Shown: piece by piece, positions 20,543-31,498 of the stretch
How the letters are laid out: the number at the start of each line of letters is the position of its first letter
Numbering within the stretch: the first letter of the stretch is position 1
Source: Candidatus Latescibacterota bacterium
GTDB lineage: Bacteria; Latescibacterota; UBA2968
Direction: 5' to 3'
NCBI GenBank assembly: GCA_965204745.1
Contig: OZ242010.1
Span: 2,400,001-2,464,000, forward strand
DNA: 64,000 bases
Notes under the pieces: generated by a model
Seen by the model: only the letters and a program-made list of their open reading frames with translations
The model's database searches: none
What the model was told of the DNA's origin: nothing
Made by a program: the position numbers and the translations under genes

Positions 20543-20838
20543 ATCACAAACTGCCCGGTTGTATGGGCAGTTTTATTTTTTTATATTCACATTTGTATGG
20601 GCGTTGTGTTGCATGTGCGGACAGGCACGGGGGCTGTCCCTACGGTTGATGGCGGCGTGCGAAGGAAAGACAGGAGAAGACCTACACTCACTGCTCGCCT
20701 TTGAACTGGCTATCGCCAGTTGTATCCCGCTCGTGGCTTTTGTGGCTAATCGCGTCTTTGCGTGGCTAACTCCCATCTTCCTCGCAGGAAGATACAAGGG
20801 GGTAGGTCCCATTAAACCAGTTTCTCAAGGATCAAACC

Positions 20839-23800
20839 ATGAATCTCTGGCATTGGGTTGGCATTGGCTTGTTGATGGGTGTTGGCGTCGCGCAGGCGGC
20901 CGAGGTGCGCGTGGTGGCGACAGGCGACAACTGGATTGAAGTCGCCGTGTCCGAGGCGGATTTCGTTCCCACGCAATCGTCGTTTGCGAATGTATTGCAT
21001 CGGCCGGGCGCGCCTGCTGTGCCGGTGCGCGGCGCGATATTGGGCATGCCCTTTGGATCGCGTGCGGTCGTCCAAGTGGTAGAGGCGGACTACGAGGAAA
21101 TCGAAGGCATCGACCTCAGGCCCGTGCCGACAATCCAATGGCTCGGCTCTGAAGATCACCCATTTTCCAGATCGGTCTATGACCGCGATGCCGCCATTTA
21201 CCAACGCCCGGGATTTTACCCCGGCGCCGATGCCGTCATCGCACACACGGGCGTATTGCGCGATCAACAAGTCGCGGCCCTGTCCCTGCGCCCGGTGCAA
21301 TACGACCCCGTGCAACGCAGGCTTCGGATTGCGCGGCACCTGCGCGTGCGCGTGCAATTCATCCCAAGCGCGACCCGGCCCGCGGTTCGACCCGTGCGCG
21401 ACCCAGACGGTTTTGCCCCCGTGTACCAAAAGGGCTTGCTCAACGCGGAACAAGCCCGAAAGTGGCGCGGGCAACGCGCAGTCGCACCAAAACAAACCCG
21501 GGATTGGTACGACCCCACGGCCACGCACTACAAAATCAGAATTTTTGAAGACGGCCTCTACCGCATGGACGCCCGTTGGTTCGCCGAATCCGGCATCGCC
21601 TTATCGGACTTAGACCGCGTGCAACTGTTCTCAAACGGTGTGGAAATCCCCCTACTCGTCGAGGATGGCGGCGATGGCGCGTTGGACGCGGGCGATGGCA
21701 TCGCGTTTTGGGGCGCATTTCGGCGCATGCCAGATCGGGATTTTGAAAACGAGTACGGCAAAGAAAATATTTACTTTCTGCGCGTGGGCCGCGAACCCGG
21801 CCTGCGATACGCCCGCGTCAATGGCACGCCGATAAATAACGCGCCCGAAATCTCGCATTTTTGGTCGCGCAAACACGCCGAAATCGACTCGACTTTTGAA
21901 GCGATGGGCCGCGCGCGCCATGCGGATCGCGATCACTGGTTCTGGTGGCGCACCGCGTCTCCGTCTCACGCAGGTGGTCAGTCCTTTGAGGTGGTGATGC
22001 CCGTGCCACTGCCGGGGTTGGTGCGCGAAGCAGGGGGCAATGCACGGATTCGCCTGGGCATGCATTCGCTGACATTGAATCAAAACATCGACCCGGATCA
22101 CTACGCCGTCATCCGCATTCAAGACGGGCCGATCATCGCAGAAGCGCGTTGGGACGGGCAGGACGCGCATATCGCCACCGGCACGGCGCCCGTGGCCGCG
22201 CTGTCGGATACCACGCATATCGCGTTGCAAACGCCCGGGGATCCGGCGTTTCTGCGCCAACCGATCCCTTATGTCGATCACGTTTTTTTTAATTGGGTGG
22301 AGATCACCTATCCGCGCCGCTTTGCGGCCACGGATGGATTCCTGCGCTTTAACCTGGATAGCGTGCCGTCGCCTCGCACTGTGTCTATCGCCAATTTTAA
22401 CCATGCGCGGATTCGGGTTCTGAATCTGACCGCGCATCAGCTCATCGATCAAGTGCAAGTGGATGGCAAGTTGAACGCGACCTTTGAACTCGCTGAAACC
22501 GGCGATTTTGTGGCGGTGGATGTGACCGCGCTAAAAAGGCCCGAGCGCGCAACCCGAGACATTCCCTCTGATCTGCGCGGGTTCTCCGGCGCGGAATACG
22601 CGATCGTTTCCGGTGCGGATTTTATGAATACAGCCGAGCAACTGGCCGCGCATCGCCGAGCACGCGGCCTATCCACACGCGTGGTCGATGTGGCCGATGT
22701 GTACGACGAATTCTCCTTTGGGCAGGTCGATGCCGAAGCCATCCGCCGGTTCGTACAACACGGATTTCGCTCCTGGACGACCCGGCCCGTGTACGTGTTG
22801 TTGTTCGGAAAATTCAGCTTTGATTATCGCAATATATTTGGGCAAACCCGAGTTGCGCGTGCCAACCTCGTCCCCGGCATGCCATATCAATCCCCGAACC
22901 GGGGCTTGGCATTTACCGACGAATTTTTTGGGCGCATCGACGACGACTTGTTCATGGATGTGTTCGTCGGGCGTTTCTCCATCAGCCGCACGTCCCAAGC
23001 CAACACGGTCGTGCAAAAGGTCATCGATTACGACGAGACGCCGCCGGCGCTATGGCGCGACCGCATCTTGCTCATGGCGAATTGGGACGCGCATGATCCG
23101 CGCAAATTCATCGGCACGAGCGATTCGCTGGCGACATTCACCCGTGCGATTGGGCTGGAAAACTTCAAGGTGCATCACGATGAAAATACCCCGCCCGAGC
23201 CCAATGCCTCGACTCGAGAAGTCATTCGGCAGATCAACGAGGGGCGGTTGGTGGTCAATTTTATCGGGCACGGCAGCGCGGCGTCCATGAACAAATTCTT
23301 TGCCGGCACCTTTCAGCAGGGCGCGTTCAACTACGTCAGCCAAATTCAAAACCGCGAACGCCTGCCCTTGTTTATCGGCATGTCCTGCCTCAACGGGTTG
23401 TACTGGGAACCGCGCCTCATCAGCTTGGCAGAAGAAATGACCAACAAACGCGATGGGGGCGCAATCGCGTACATCTCCGCGTCTTCCCTCGCGTTCATCC
23501 GCATCAACAACGCACTCAATACGGCCTTGTTTTACCACACGTTTGAAAACGGCGTCTTGGCCTTTGGGCAGAGCCTCGCGCTGGCAAAGATGACCGAACT
23601 CTCGGCCCTGCCTTCGAGCGAATTGGGCTTGGTCACGATGAACCTCATCGGGGATCCCGCGCAACAACTCGCCCTGCCCTCTGGGCCGGATCTCGTCGTA
23701 GAAAACATACACCTGGACAGGCGAGGCGACCTGAGCACCGCCGACTCCGTGCGCGTAACCCTGCGCGTGGGCAACTGGGGGCTTTTGCCCGACCGCACTG

Positions 23801-26460
23801 TGGATGTGGTCCTCATAGACCGCAATTTGGACGCCGGCTCAGTCGATACCCTGTTCATGGCGGCACTGCCTCCGTTTGGCACGCGCGACAGCGTAACCGC
23901 GCTCTGGCGTCTCAAAGACCGCGGTGGGCGGCACGCCTTAGAGGCGGTGGTCGATCCGCGCAACGCGATTGTAGAAGGCGATGAATCGAATAACCGCGCC
24001 ACCATCGAGATCGATGTACTCGGCACGCTGGGTGCCGTGCCCTTTGTGCCCTTGCCCAGCCAGACCGTTTCGGACGCGGTCTTCGGCGTGCGATCCGCCG
24101 AGGACAACCGCGACCTCATCGCGGAATTTGAAGTCAGCGCGTCCGGGGATTTTCGCGCCCGAGATGTCCTCCGCTCTGGGGCAGTGTCCGGGGCTGATGG
24201 CGTAATTTTGTGGCGTCCCGCGGGCCTGCGCGACGGGTCGTATTTTTGGCGCGCCCGATTGTCCGATGGGCAAACCGCCGGCCGGTGGTCCGATGCGCGG
24301 CATGTCGCCATAGCGCGCGCCGTGCCCGAGCGGGAGGTCGTCTGGCAACAAGATGGCGCGGTGGCCCTAGCTCGCGGGCAGGCCGAAAACGTCATCGCGT
24401 TTGACGACAACACCATAGGCCGAACCCAGTCCCCGCCGCCGATCCGCTTCGATGTTGCCGAGGCGTCTTTTTCCGCACAGGACGTAGCAGGGGCCGCGGT
24501 TCTGTGTACGGATGGGACTTATTTGTATGTGAAGCGTTTTTTTTCAGCACAACCTCCGTACCCCGGCAACGATTGGTTTGCACGCATCGGCACCGGGTTC
24601 AACGGCACAGTGGCGGGCCAAAATTACGGACGGGTGACGGAAACCCCCATCCGAAGCATCTCCGCGACCTTTCACAGCGATGGATTTATTTATTCTGAAC
24701 ACCGCGACGCGCAATCGGTCTTGAGGATCTCCCCCGTCACCGGGCAGGTCGATACCGTGGAAGTCCCCGACAGATTGCTGGACTTGCTTCGCGGCTTGCC
24801 TTTTGACGCCCATGCGTTGATCACCTCTGATGGCGAGTTTATTTACAATGTGTCCGCCGGAGTCAATGGCGTGCGCCGCGCCGGGTGGACCGTGCGCGTA
24901 TTTGACCCGGCCAATGCGTGGCGCGTGGTGCGGCAATTCACTGTGGAACCCACCGAAACCGGGTTTGGCTATTTGTTCACCGATGGCGCGATAGCCGACG
25001 GCCGGTTTGTCTATTTGATCGAATTTGGCACGGGCCTCACGCATCGCGTGCGCGTGGTCGATGCCCACACCGGCGCGTTTGTCGAAGAATTTGAAAGCGA
25101 TCAAGCTCAGACGGATATTTTGGGCGGGCAATACGATTGGGTGAACAATGTGGTGTGGCTAGGGCAGTTGCGCGGGGGCACGGTCTATCGCTATGCGGGC
25201 CGTCGCTTGCCCGAGTTCGGCGAACTCACCTCCGACGCCATTGGCCCGGCGAGCGCGTGGCAAACCGCAACGATGGCTCTATCGGGCGCGGGCAGGGCCG
25301 AAGTCTCGGTATTGGGCGAGGTCGAGACCGGTACGTTCGCGCCCTTGTCCCAATGGCAAAATCTACCGCCCGGCGCGATTGACTTGCGCGGCATATCCAA
25401 CCCGCGCTTGAAATTGCAGATCAAATTGTTCGGCGAGGGCTTGAATCCGTCTCCTTCCCTGCAAATGTGGACCGCGACTTACCAACCGCTTTCCGACATC
25501 GGCTTGGGCAACTTGCGCGCCGAACCCCTCGAAGCCGATGAATTGCAACCCGTCCATCTGCATCTCGACATCCAAAATCGCGGCCCCCTCAACTCGGCCG
25601 TGGGCGCGCACATCGCCTTTTACAGCGGCCCGCCCGAGGCCGGGCGTCTCATCGGGCGCACGCCCGTGCCCGAAAACGTTTCCCTCGGTCAAATCGCACC
25701 GATGCGCTGGACGTGGCGGCCCGCGCAATGGGCTGGGCAACACACGGTAACGGCCCGAGTGGAAAACGCGCAGGGGATACCGGTTTTTCCCGGCAGACGA
25801 GTCATCGCCGCGGACCCGGTGCAAATTTTACGCAGTTCGGATCGCGACATCCCCACCATTGAAATCGCGGCCCTCGACGCCCTGGGCGAAGTACGCGCAG
25901 AGGATTACTTGCCCTCTGCCCCCGAGTTCCGCATCGCCATGCGCGACACCGCGGGCATCGACCTCTCCAGCATCCGCCTGTCGCTCACAGACGAGATTCA
26001 ATACGCATCCGAACACATCGCAGACCGCGCGGTCACGCCCACGACCCTGTCCTTTGTCTATGCACCGCCCGCGCTCGAAGATGGGTCGTACACCCTCGAC
26101 GTCTCGGCGTCCGACAGGCTGGGCAACGGCCCTGCCAAAGCCGCGCTGTCCTTCCGCATATCCTCAACTCTGACCATTGACCGCGCTCTGGTCGCGCCCA
26201 ATCCCGTGTCCGACACCGGGCACTTCACCTTTGTTTTATCGCAACCATCAGAAGTCACCGTTCGGGTTTATACCCTCGCCGGCCGCCTCGTTCAAGTGCT
26301 GGAAGAACCCTTTGCCCGCGCCGGATACAACCAAATTTTTTGGGACGGACGAGACGCCGATGGGCGTATCCTAAGTAACAATACGTATTTGTACACCGTG
26401 ACCGCAGATGATGGCGAAGCGCAGGCGCGGGTCAAGGACAAGTTGATCGTGTATCGGTGA
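20839..26460 (+). CDS. C25 (gingipain/PorU-like) cysteine peptidase with propeptide, CARDB-like and FlgD-Ig/CTD domains
   Basis: Signal peptide; VYDEFSFG, VNFIGHGS (His), MSCLNG (Cys), NLIGDPA, VVDPRNAIVEGDESNN; C-terminal APNP...YTLAGRLV...WDGRD. Confidence 0.88.
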   Translation: MNLWHWVGIGLLMGVGVAQAAEVRVVATGDNWIEVAVSEADFVPTQSSFANVLHRPGAPAVPVRGAILGMPFGSRAVVQVVEADYEEIEGIDLRPVPTIQWLGSEDHPFSRSVYDRDAAIYQRPGFYPGADAVIAHTGVLRDQQVAALSLRPVQYDPVQRRLRIARHLRVRVQFIPSATRPAVRPVRDPDGFAPVYQKGLLNAEQARKWRGQRAVAPKQTRDWYDPTATHYKIRIFEDGLYRMDARWFAESGIALSDLDRVQLFSNGVEIPLLVEDGGDGALDAGDGIAFWGAFRRMPDRDFENEYGKENIYFLRVGREPGLRYARVNGTPINNAPEISHFWSRKHAEIDSTFEAMGRARHADRDHWFWWRTASPSHAGGQSFEVVMPVPLPGLVREAGGNARIRLGMHSLTLNQNIDPDHYAVIRIQDGPIIAEARWDGQDAHIATGTAPVAALSDTTHIALQTPGDPAFLRQPIPYVDHVFFNWVEITYPRRFAATDGFLRFNLDSVPSPRTVSIANFNHARIRVLNLTAHQLIDQVQVDGKLNATFELAETGDFVAVDVTALKRPERATRDIPSDLRGFSGAEYAIVSGADFMNTAEQLAAHRRARGLSTRVVDVADVYDEFSFGQVDAEAIRRFVQHGFRSWTTRPVYVLLFGKFSFDYRNIFGQTRVARANLVPGMPYQSPNRGLAFTDEFFGRIDDDLFMDVFVGRFSISRTSQANTVVQKVIDYDETPPALWRDRILLMANWDAHDPRKFIGTSDSLATFTRAIGLENFKVHHDENTPPEPNASTREVIRQINEGRLVVNFIGHGSAASMNKFFAGTFQQGAFNYVSQIQNRERLPLFIGMSCLNGLYWEPRLISLAEEMTNKRDGGAIAYISASSLAFIRINNALNTALFYHTFENGVLAFGQSLALAKMTELSALPSSELGLVTMNLIGDPAQQLALPSGPDLVVENIHLDRRGDLSTADSVRVTLRVGNWGLLPDRTVDVVLIDRNLDAGSVDTLFMAALPPFGTRDSVTALWRLKDRGGRHALEAVVDPRNAIVEGDESNNRATIEIDVLGTLGAVPFVPLPSQTVSDAVFGVRSAEDNRDLIAEFEVSASGDFRARDVLRSGAVSGADGVILWRPAGLRDGSYFWRARLSDGQTAGRWSDARHVAIARAVPEREVVWQQDGAVALARGQAENVIAFDDNTIGRTQSPPPIRFDVAEASFSAQDVAGAAVLCTDGTYLYVKRFFSAQPPYPGNDWFARIGTGFNGTVAGQNYGRVTETPIRSISATFHSDGFIYSEHRDAQSVLRISPVTGQVDTVEVPDRLLDLLRGLPFDAHALITSDGEFIYNVSAGVNGVRRAGWTVRVFDPANAWRVVRQFTVEPTETGFGYLFTDGAIADGRFVYLIEFGTGLTHRVRVVDAHTGAFVEEFESDQAQTDILGGQYDWVNNVVWLGQLRGGTVYRYAGRRLPEFGELTSDAIGPASAWQTATMALSGAGRAEVSVLGEVETGTFAPLSQWQNLPPGAIDLRGISNPRLKLQIKLFGEGLNPSPSLQMWTATYQPLSDIGLGNLRAEPLEADELQPVHLHLDIQNRGPLNSAVGAHIAFYSGPPEAGRLIGRTPVPENVSLGQIAPMRWTWRPAQWAGQHTVTARVENAQGIPVFPGRRVIAADPVQILRSSDRDIPTIEIAALDALGEVRAEDYLPSAPEFRIAMRDTAGIDLSSIRLSLTDEIQYASEHIADRAVTPTTLSFVYAPPALEDGSYTLDVSASDRLGNGPAKAALSFRISSTLTIDRALVAPNPVSDTGHFTFVLSQPSEVTVRVYTLAGRLVQVLEEPFARAGYNQIFWDGRDADGRILSNNTYLYTVTADDGEAQARVKDKLIVYR

Positions 26461-26648
26461 GAGGCAAGATCACGGATTAAACGGATGACGCGGATTAAAG
26501 GCAAAAGGCGAAAGCAACCACCGCGCAGGTGCTACAACGCTGATGAACAGACATAGCGAAATTTGGTCTTGTTTTTTGATGCGTTTTTGGGTAAAATTGT
26601 CGAGACCATTGCGTAGTTCAATCCAACTTCCCAACGAGGAGAGGTGTC

Positions 26649-27062
26649 ATGACAGATGCAGAGAAGATCGCGCAACTCGAGCAGAAGATCGCCGATCAAG
26701 ATCAACGGCTCGTTGCACAGGATCAACGGCTCATTGCAATCGAGAAGAACGGGGCAGTATCCGGCGAGCAGGGCAAGCAGAATGCGAAAGAGATTCTTCG
26801 CGTAGAACGGCAAACGACTGACCAGTTCAAGCAGTTGGTGACCCTGATGAACGAAGGCTTTGCTCGCGTGGAGGAACGTATCAACCGCGTGGAGACGAAC
26901 TTGAAGAACGACATCATTCGCGTGGAGACGAACTTGAAGAACGACATCAACCGCATGGAGGAGCGTATCAACCGCGTGGAAGGGCAGATGATCAAATGGC
27001 TGACCGTGATCGTTGGGGTCGCGGTTATCATTATCGGCGCGTTGACATACCTCAAGGGGTAA
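26649..27062 (+). CDS. Coiled-coil repeat protein with C-terminal TM anchor (Bdr/DUF1640-like), copy 1
   Basis: INRVE/IIRVE repeats; C-terminal IKWLTVIVGVAVIIIGALTYLKG; GAGGAG RBS. Confidence 0.75.
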   Translation: MTDAEKIAQLEQKIADQDQRLVAQDQRLIAIEKNGAVSGEQGKQNAKEILRVERQTTDQFKQLVTLMNEGFARVEERINRVETNLKNDIIRVETNLKNDINRMEERINRVEGQMIKWLTVIVGVAVIIIGALTYLKG

Positions 27063-27153
27063 GCGCGGTTGGTCGCCACTCGCCATTGAACGAGCCACTT
27101 TGGATGGGTGTTCTTTTGCGGAGAAATGCGAAACGCAAGACAAGGAGGTGGAG

Positions 27154-27357
27154 ATGGGGTCAAATATAGAAGCGATTAAGGCGGCGATTGAAGCCCTGCC
27201 CGAAACGGATTACGCCGCATTGAGGCAATGGTTCAGTGAAAAAGACTGGGAAAATTGGGACAGGCAGATCGAGGCAGACTCCAAATCGGGTAAGTTGGAT
27301 TTTTTGATTGCCGAAGCAAAAACAGAAAAAGAACAGGAAATGCTCAAGGAGCTTTAA
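27154..27357 (+). CDS. Putative antitoxin
   Basis: 67 aa, IKAAIEALP...WDRQIEADSKSGKLDFLIAEA; TAATG-coupled to the toxin gene. Confidence 0.7.
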   Translation: MGSNIEAIKAAIEALPETDYAALRQWFSEKDWENWDRQIEADSKSGKLDFLIAEAKTEKEQEMLKEL

Positions 27358-27617
27358 TGCATCGGACGACAACATACTTTTGGAGAGACTTTGAGAAACT
27401 TCCCGAATCTGTTCAAAAGGTGGCGAGACGAAATTTCCTATTGCTCAAAGCGAATCCAAGGCACCCTTCTTTGCATTTCAAGAAAATTGGTCAATTTTGG
27501 TCCATTCGCGTTGGTATTGCTCACAGAGCACTTGCCGTAGAAGACGGTGAAGATTTTATCTGGGTTTGGATCGGTCATCATGACGAATATCAGCGAATGA
27601 TTGGACAAGACCGTTGA
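27357..27617 (+). CDS. RelE/ParE-like toxin
   Basis: FWRDFEKLPESVQK..LLKANPRHPSLHFKK..WSIRVG..RALA..WIGHHDEY. Confidence 0.8.
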   Translation: MHRTTTYFWRDFEKLPESVQKVARRNFLLLKANPRHPSLHFKKIGQFWSIRVGIAHRALAVEDGEDFIWVWIGHHDEYQRMIGQDR

Positions 27618-27823
27618 AGCGATTGCACTCGCCATCAAAACACCGCCCCATCCGAGGTCGCACAAGCGATTTCAGATGGGGCGTTTTGTAGTGGTCAGCG
27701 GTCAGTCCGCACCGCTGATGAACAGACATCGCGAAATTTGGCCTTGTTTTTTGATGCGTTTTTGGGTAAAATTGTCGAGACCATTGCGTAGTTCAATCCA
27801 ACTTCCCAACGAGGAGAGGTGTC

Positions 27824-28246
27824 ATGACAGATGCAGAGAAGATCGCGCAACTCGAGCAGAAGATCGCCGATCAAGATCAACGGCTCGTTGCACAGGATCA
27901 ACGGCTCATTGCCATCGAGAAGAATGGGGCAGTGTCTGGCGAACAGGGCAAGCAGAATGCGAAAGAGATTCTTCGCGTAGAACGGCAAACGACTGACCAG
28001 TTCAAGCAGTTGGTGAACCTGATGAACGAAGGCTTTGCTCGCGTGGAGAACAATATCATTCGCGTGGAGGAACGTATCAACCGCGTGGAGGAGCGTATCA
28101 ACCGCGTGGAGACGAACTTGAAGAACGACATCAACCGCATGGAGGAACGTATCAACCGCGTGGAAGGGCAGATGATCAAATGGCTGACCGTGATCGTTGG
28201 GGTCGCGGTTATCATTATCGGCGCATTGACATACCTCAAGGGGTAA
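27824..28246 (+). CDS. Bdr/DUF1640-like coiled-coil protein, copy 2
   Basis: Paralogue of 26649-27062 with a different repeat order. Confidence 0.75.
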   Translation: MTDAEKIAQLEQKIADQDQRLVAQDQRLIAIEKNGAVSGEQGKQNAKEILRVERQTTDQFKQLVNLMNEGFARVENNIIRVEERINRVEERINRVETNLKNDINRMEERINRVEGQMIKWLTVIVGVAVIIIGALTYLKG

Positions 28247-28357
28247 GCGCGGTTGGTCGCCACTCGGTATTGAGCCACACAACAACACCGCCCCATCCGA
28301 GGTCGCGCAAGCGATTTCAGATGGGGCGTTTTGTATGCACAATTAGACCACAACAGA

Positions 28358-28508
28358 TCATTTTGAAAAATCCCCAGCTTCGTCAAATTGGGGGTTGATA
28401 ACGATCTCACCTTTCGGGTTGATATACCCATACTTGTCACCGATTTCCACCCACGCCAACGCTTCTTCTCCAGAATCGGAGCATCAGGATGTATGACAGG
28501 TTCTTCAT
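28358..28508 (-). pseudogene. WG-repeat protein remnant
   Basis: EALAWVEIGDKYGYINPKGEIVINPQFDEAGDFSK* (one WG repeat), out of frame with the upstream ATG at 28508. Confidence 0.6.
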
Positions 28509-28753
28509 GACGGTGTCTCTTTCTTGCGATAGCGTCTGTCCCAGGGAATACGGTTGCGGTGAATTTATGGCGGTTTGTGGTGGTGTCAATGGGTATTTCC
28601 CGTTCCGTGGAAATGGAATATTGCGTTTATTTTATTTTTTGTTACACTTCTGCGGTTTGCGGAAATTGGCTTTCATCCTTCGCCGCGCCGCTGGGTGCAA
28701 GGGCAGGCTCTACGGGGGATGGGGCTGACAACTGACAACTGACAACTGCCTTT

Positions 28754-30247
28754 ATGTCCACTCGCAAAGTACTCGTCATAGGGCTGGATTGCGCGCCGCC
28801 GGAATTGATCTTTCATCGGTTTCGGGACGACCTGCCCACCATCCGCAATCTGATGCAGACCGGGGTTTATGGCCCGCTCAACAGCACCATCCCCCCGATC
28901 ACCGTGCCCGCGTGGATGAGCATGCTGACCGGCAAGGACCCCGGTACGCTGGGGTTTTACGGGCTTCGCAACCGTGCGGATTACGCTTATTCCCGCCTGT
29001 CTATCGCCAATTCAACGCTGGTCAATGACGACGCGGTTTGGGACATCCTCTCTGCTGCGGGCAAAAAAGTCATCCTCGTGGGCGTGCCCCAAACTTATCC
29101 GCCCCGCGCGGTCAACGGCTGCCTGATCGCCTCGTTTCTCACGCCGAGCACCAACAGCGCGTACACCTATCCCCCAAGCCTGAAATCCGAAATCGAGCGC
29201 GTGGCCGATAGCTATGTCCTTGACGTGCGGGACTTTCGCACCGAGGACAAAGCGCGATTGCTCCGCGACATTTACACCATGACCGAGAAGCGATTCCGCG
29301 TGACCCGGCACCTCTTGCAAACCCGCGACTGGGACTTTTGCATGCACGTCGAAATGGGCACGGACCGCATCCACCACGGGTTTTGGCGATTTCTCGATCC
29401 CGCCCATCGAAAGTACGAGCCTCATTCCGACTATCAAAACGCCATCCGCGATTACTACCGCTACCTCGACCGGGAAATCGCAACCCTGATCGACCTCGCG
29501 GGCCAAGACGCGGCCATTCTCCTCGTCTCGGACCACGGCGCCAAGCGCATTGACGGCGGCATCTGCATCAACGAATGGCTGATCCGCGAGGGCTATTTGA
29601 CGCCAAAAAAATATCCCCAAACGCCCACGGCACTCGAGGATCTCGAAATCGACTGGACAAAAACCATCGCTTGGGGCGCGGGGGGATATTACGCACGCAT
29701 CTTCTTGAACATCGCCGGGCGCGAGCCAACCGGCATCGTCCCCCCAGAACACTGCGACGCCCTGTGCGACGAACTCGCATCAAAAATCAAAGCCATTCCC
29801 GACGACCGCGGCCATCCCTTGCCCACACGGGTCTTCAAACCCAAAGAAATCTACCACGCGATCACCAATATCCCCCCGGAGTTGATCATCTACTTCGGGG
29901 ACTTGCTCTGGCGATCCGTGGGCACTATCGGGCATCGCACCATTCACACCCTCGAAAACGACACGGGCCCTGACGACGCCAACCACGCCCAACACGGCAT
30001 CTTCATTCTCAACGACGGCACGCACGCAGGAGAACGCGAGCACTTGGACATCCGCGACATCGCCCCGACCATCCTCGGACTCATGGGCATCCCCATTCCC
30101 ACAGACATGCAAGGCCACGCCATCGTCAACACGGCCGCAACACCCGCGCAGGCAGAGCCGCGCCCCTCATCCACGGGCGGCGCGGTTTATACACCAGCCG
30201 AACAAAAAGCCATCGAAGACAGGCTCAAGGCGTTGGGGTATTTGTGA
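28754..30247 (+). CDS. Alkaline phosphatase superfamily protein (nucleotide pyrophosphatase/phosphodiesterase type)
   Basis: VLVIGLDCA, STIPPITVPAW..MLTGKDPG, DRIHH, VSDHG, C-terminal RLKALGYL. Confidence 0.88.
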   Translation: MSTRKVLVIGLDCAPPELIFHRFRDDLPTIRNLMQTGVYGPLNSTIPPITVPAWMSMLTGKDPGTLGFYGLRNRADYAYSRLSIANSTLVNDDAVWDILSAAGKKVILVGVPQTYPPRAVNGCLIASFLTPSTNSAYTYPPSLKSEIERVADSYVLDVRDFRTEDKARLLRDIYTMTEKRFRVTRHLLQTRDWDFCMHVEMGTDRIHHGFWRFLDPAHRKYEPHSDYQNAIRDYYRYLDREIATLIDLAGQDAAILLVSDHGAKRIDGGICINEWLIREGYLTPKKYPQTPTALEDLEIDWTKTIAWGAGGYYARIFLNIAGREPTGIVPPEHCDALCDELASKIKAIPDDRGHPLPTRVFKPKEIYHAITNIPPELIIYFGDLLWRSVGTIGHRTIHTLENDTGPDDANHAQHGIFILNDGTHAGEREHLDIRDIAPTILGLMGIPIPTDMQGHAIVNTAATPAQAEPRPSSTGGAVYTPAEQKAIEDRLKALGYL

Positions 30248-30448
30248 AAAAAAAAGATGGAAGTTCAGCCACGAGCGGGGTACAACTGGCGACAACCCGT
30301 TCAAAGGCGAGCTGTGTGTAGGGCCGATGCCCCCGTGCTCGCTCAAAGATACAAGAAGTGAAGCATGGCAGAAAACGCACTTGGGTGGACAGGAAAAACC
30401 AAAAAGCCACCGACCTCCTGCTTTTGCCGGAGTGACGGTGGCCTTCTC

Positions 30449-30609
30449 CTTCTCCCGTCTCACCTCTCCCGTCTCACCTCTCCCGTCTCACCTCTCCCGT
30501 CTCACCTCTCCCGTCTCACCTCTCCCGTCTCACCTCTCCCGTCTCACCTCTCCCGTCTCACCTCTCCCGTCTCACCTCTCCCGTCTCACCTCTCCCGTCT
30601 CACCTCTCC
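30449..30609. repeat. Heptamer-based tandem repeat (CTCCCGT-CTCACCT)n between convergent genes
   Basis: About 11 copies of a 14-bp unit. Confidence 0.95.
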
Positions 30610-31498
30610 AACCCCACACCCGAAACCTCTCGGGCAACGCGGGCATCCCGCTGTCCTGCGTGGTGACGAAGCCGCCGATGGCATTGGCCTGTTCGGCGCA
30701 GGTTTGTATGGTCGCGCCATTGAGCAAATGCAATGCGAATGCCGCTGTGAACGCATCGCCCGCGCCCACGGTATTGACGACCCGTTGTTTTTTTCCCACG
30801 GCATGGCAAATCCCCGCGTCGCCGATCACGCGGCACCCATCCGCGCCCAGGGTCAGCACCACGCATTGCAGATCAAACCGTGCGCGGAGCGTGGACAAAA
30901 AAGCATCCTCATCGGCGACGCCCCCCACATAATCGCGCAACAGAGGCACTTCCTCGTCATTCAACTTCAGCACATCGGCCCGCACGAGTGAGGACAGCAC
31001 GACATCCTCAGTGTGAAAGTGCTGGCGGAAATTGATGTCGAGCACGCGCAAACACGCAGGCGACGCCGCGTCCAAAAAATTCACAATGGCCCGGCGGCTT
31101 TGCGGATCGCGTTGATCCAGCGTGCCAAAACATATAACGCGAGCAACCCGAGCCAATCGCGCCAATTCCGACTGCCATGTCAGTGCGTCCCAAGCCACAT
31201 CCTCCACGATCTCATACGCCGGTTGCCCATCTTCAAGGGTGACGATCACCCTGCCGGTCGGGCGCTGGGCATGCACCTGCACGGCCTCGGTTGCCACGCC
31301 CCGGGCGTGCAAAATCTCGAGCGCATCCCGACCCATCGCATCGTCTCCCACGCAACTGACCAGTGCGGACTGCGCGCCCAAAGCCGCTGCATGCACGGCA
31401 AAATTGGCCGGCGCGCCCCCCAATCGCGCGCCATCTATAAACACATCCCACAACACGGCGCCGAGGGCGACTACAAAGGGAGGTTCGCCCTGCATCAC
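30572..31498 (-). CDS. PfkB-family carbohydrate kinase
   Basis: LGGAPANFA, DINFR, LKLNDEE, VNTVGAGDAF. Confidence 0.9.
   Translation of the reverse strand: MMQGEPPFVVALGAVLWDVFIDGARLGGAPANFAVHAAALGAQSALVSCVGDDAMGRDALEILHARGVATEAVQVHAQRPTGRVIVTLEDGQPAYEIVEDVAWDALTWQSELARLARVARVICFGTLDQRDPQSRRAIVNFLDAASPACLRVLDINFRQHFHTEDVVLSSLVRADVLKLNDEEVPLLRDYVGGVADEDAFLSTLRARFDLQCVVLTLGADGCRVIGDAGICHAVGKKQRVVNTVGAGDAFTAAFALHLLNGATIQTCAEQANAIGGFVTTQDSGMPALPERFRVWGWRGETGEVRRER

Larger units (their letters stand above)
26538..28334 (+). repeat. Tandem duplication of a promoter-gene-hairpin unit (26538-27690 and 27713-28334); only the first copy contains a TA module
   Basis: Near-identical sequence at 26538-27082 and 27713-28266; shared hairpin CGCCCCATC...GATGGGGCG at ~27643 and ~28289. 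Confidence 0.9.

Noticed and set aside
30327-30991. ORFs with SPVSPLPSHLSRLT repeats, and the repeat-derived dusA extension from 59670
   Set aside because: Translations of heptamer tandem repeats.
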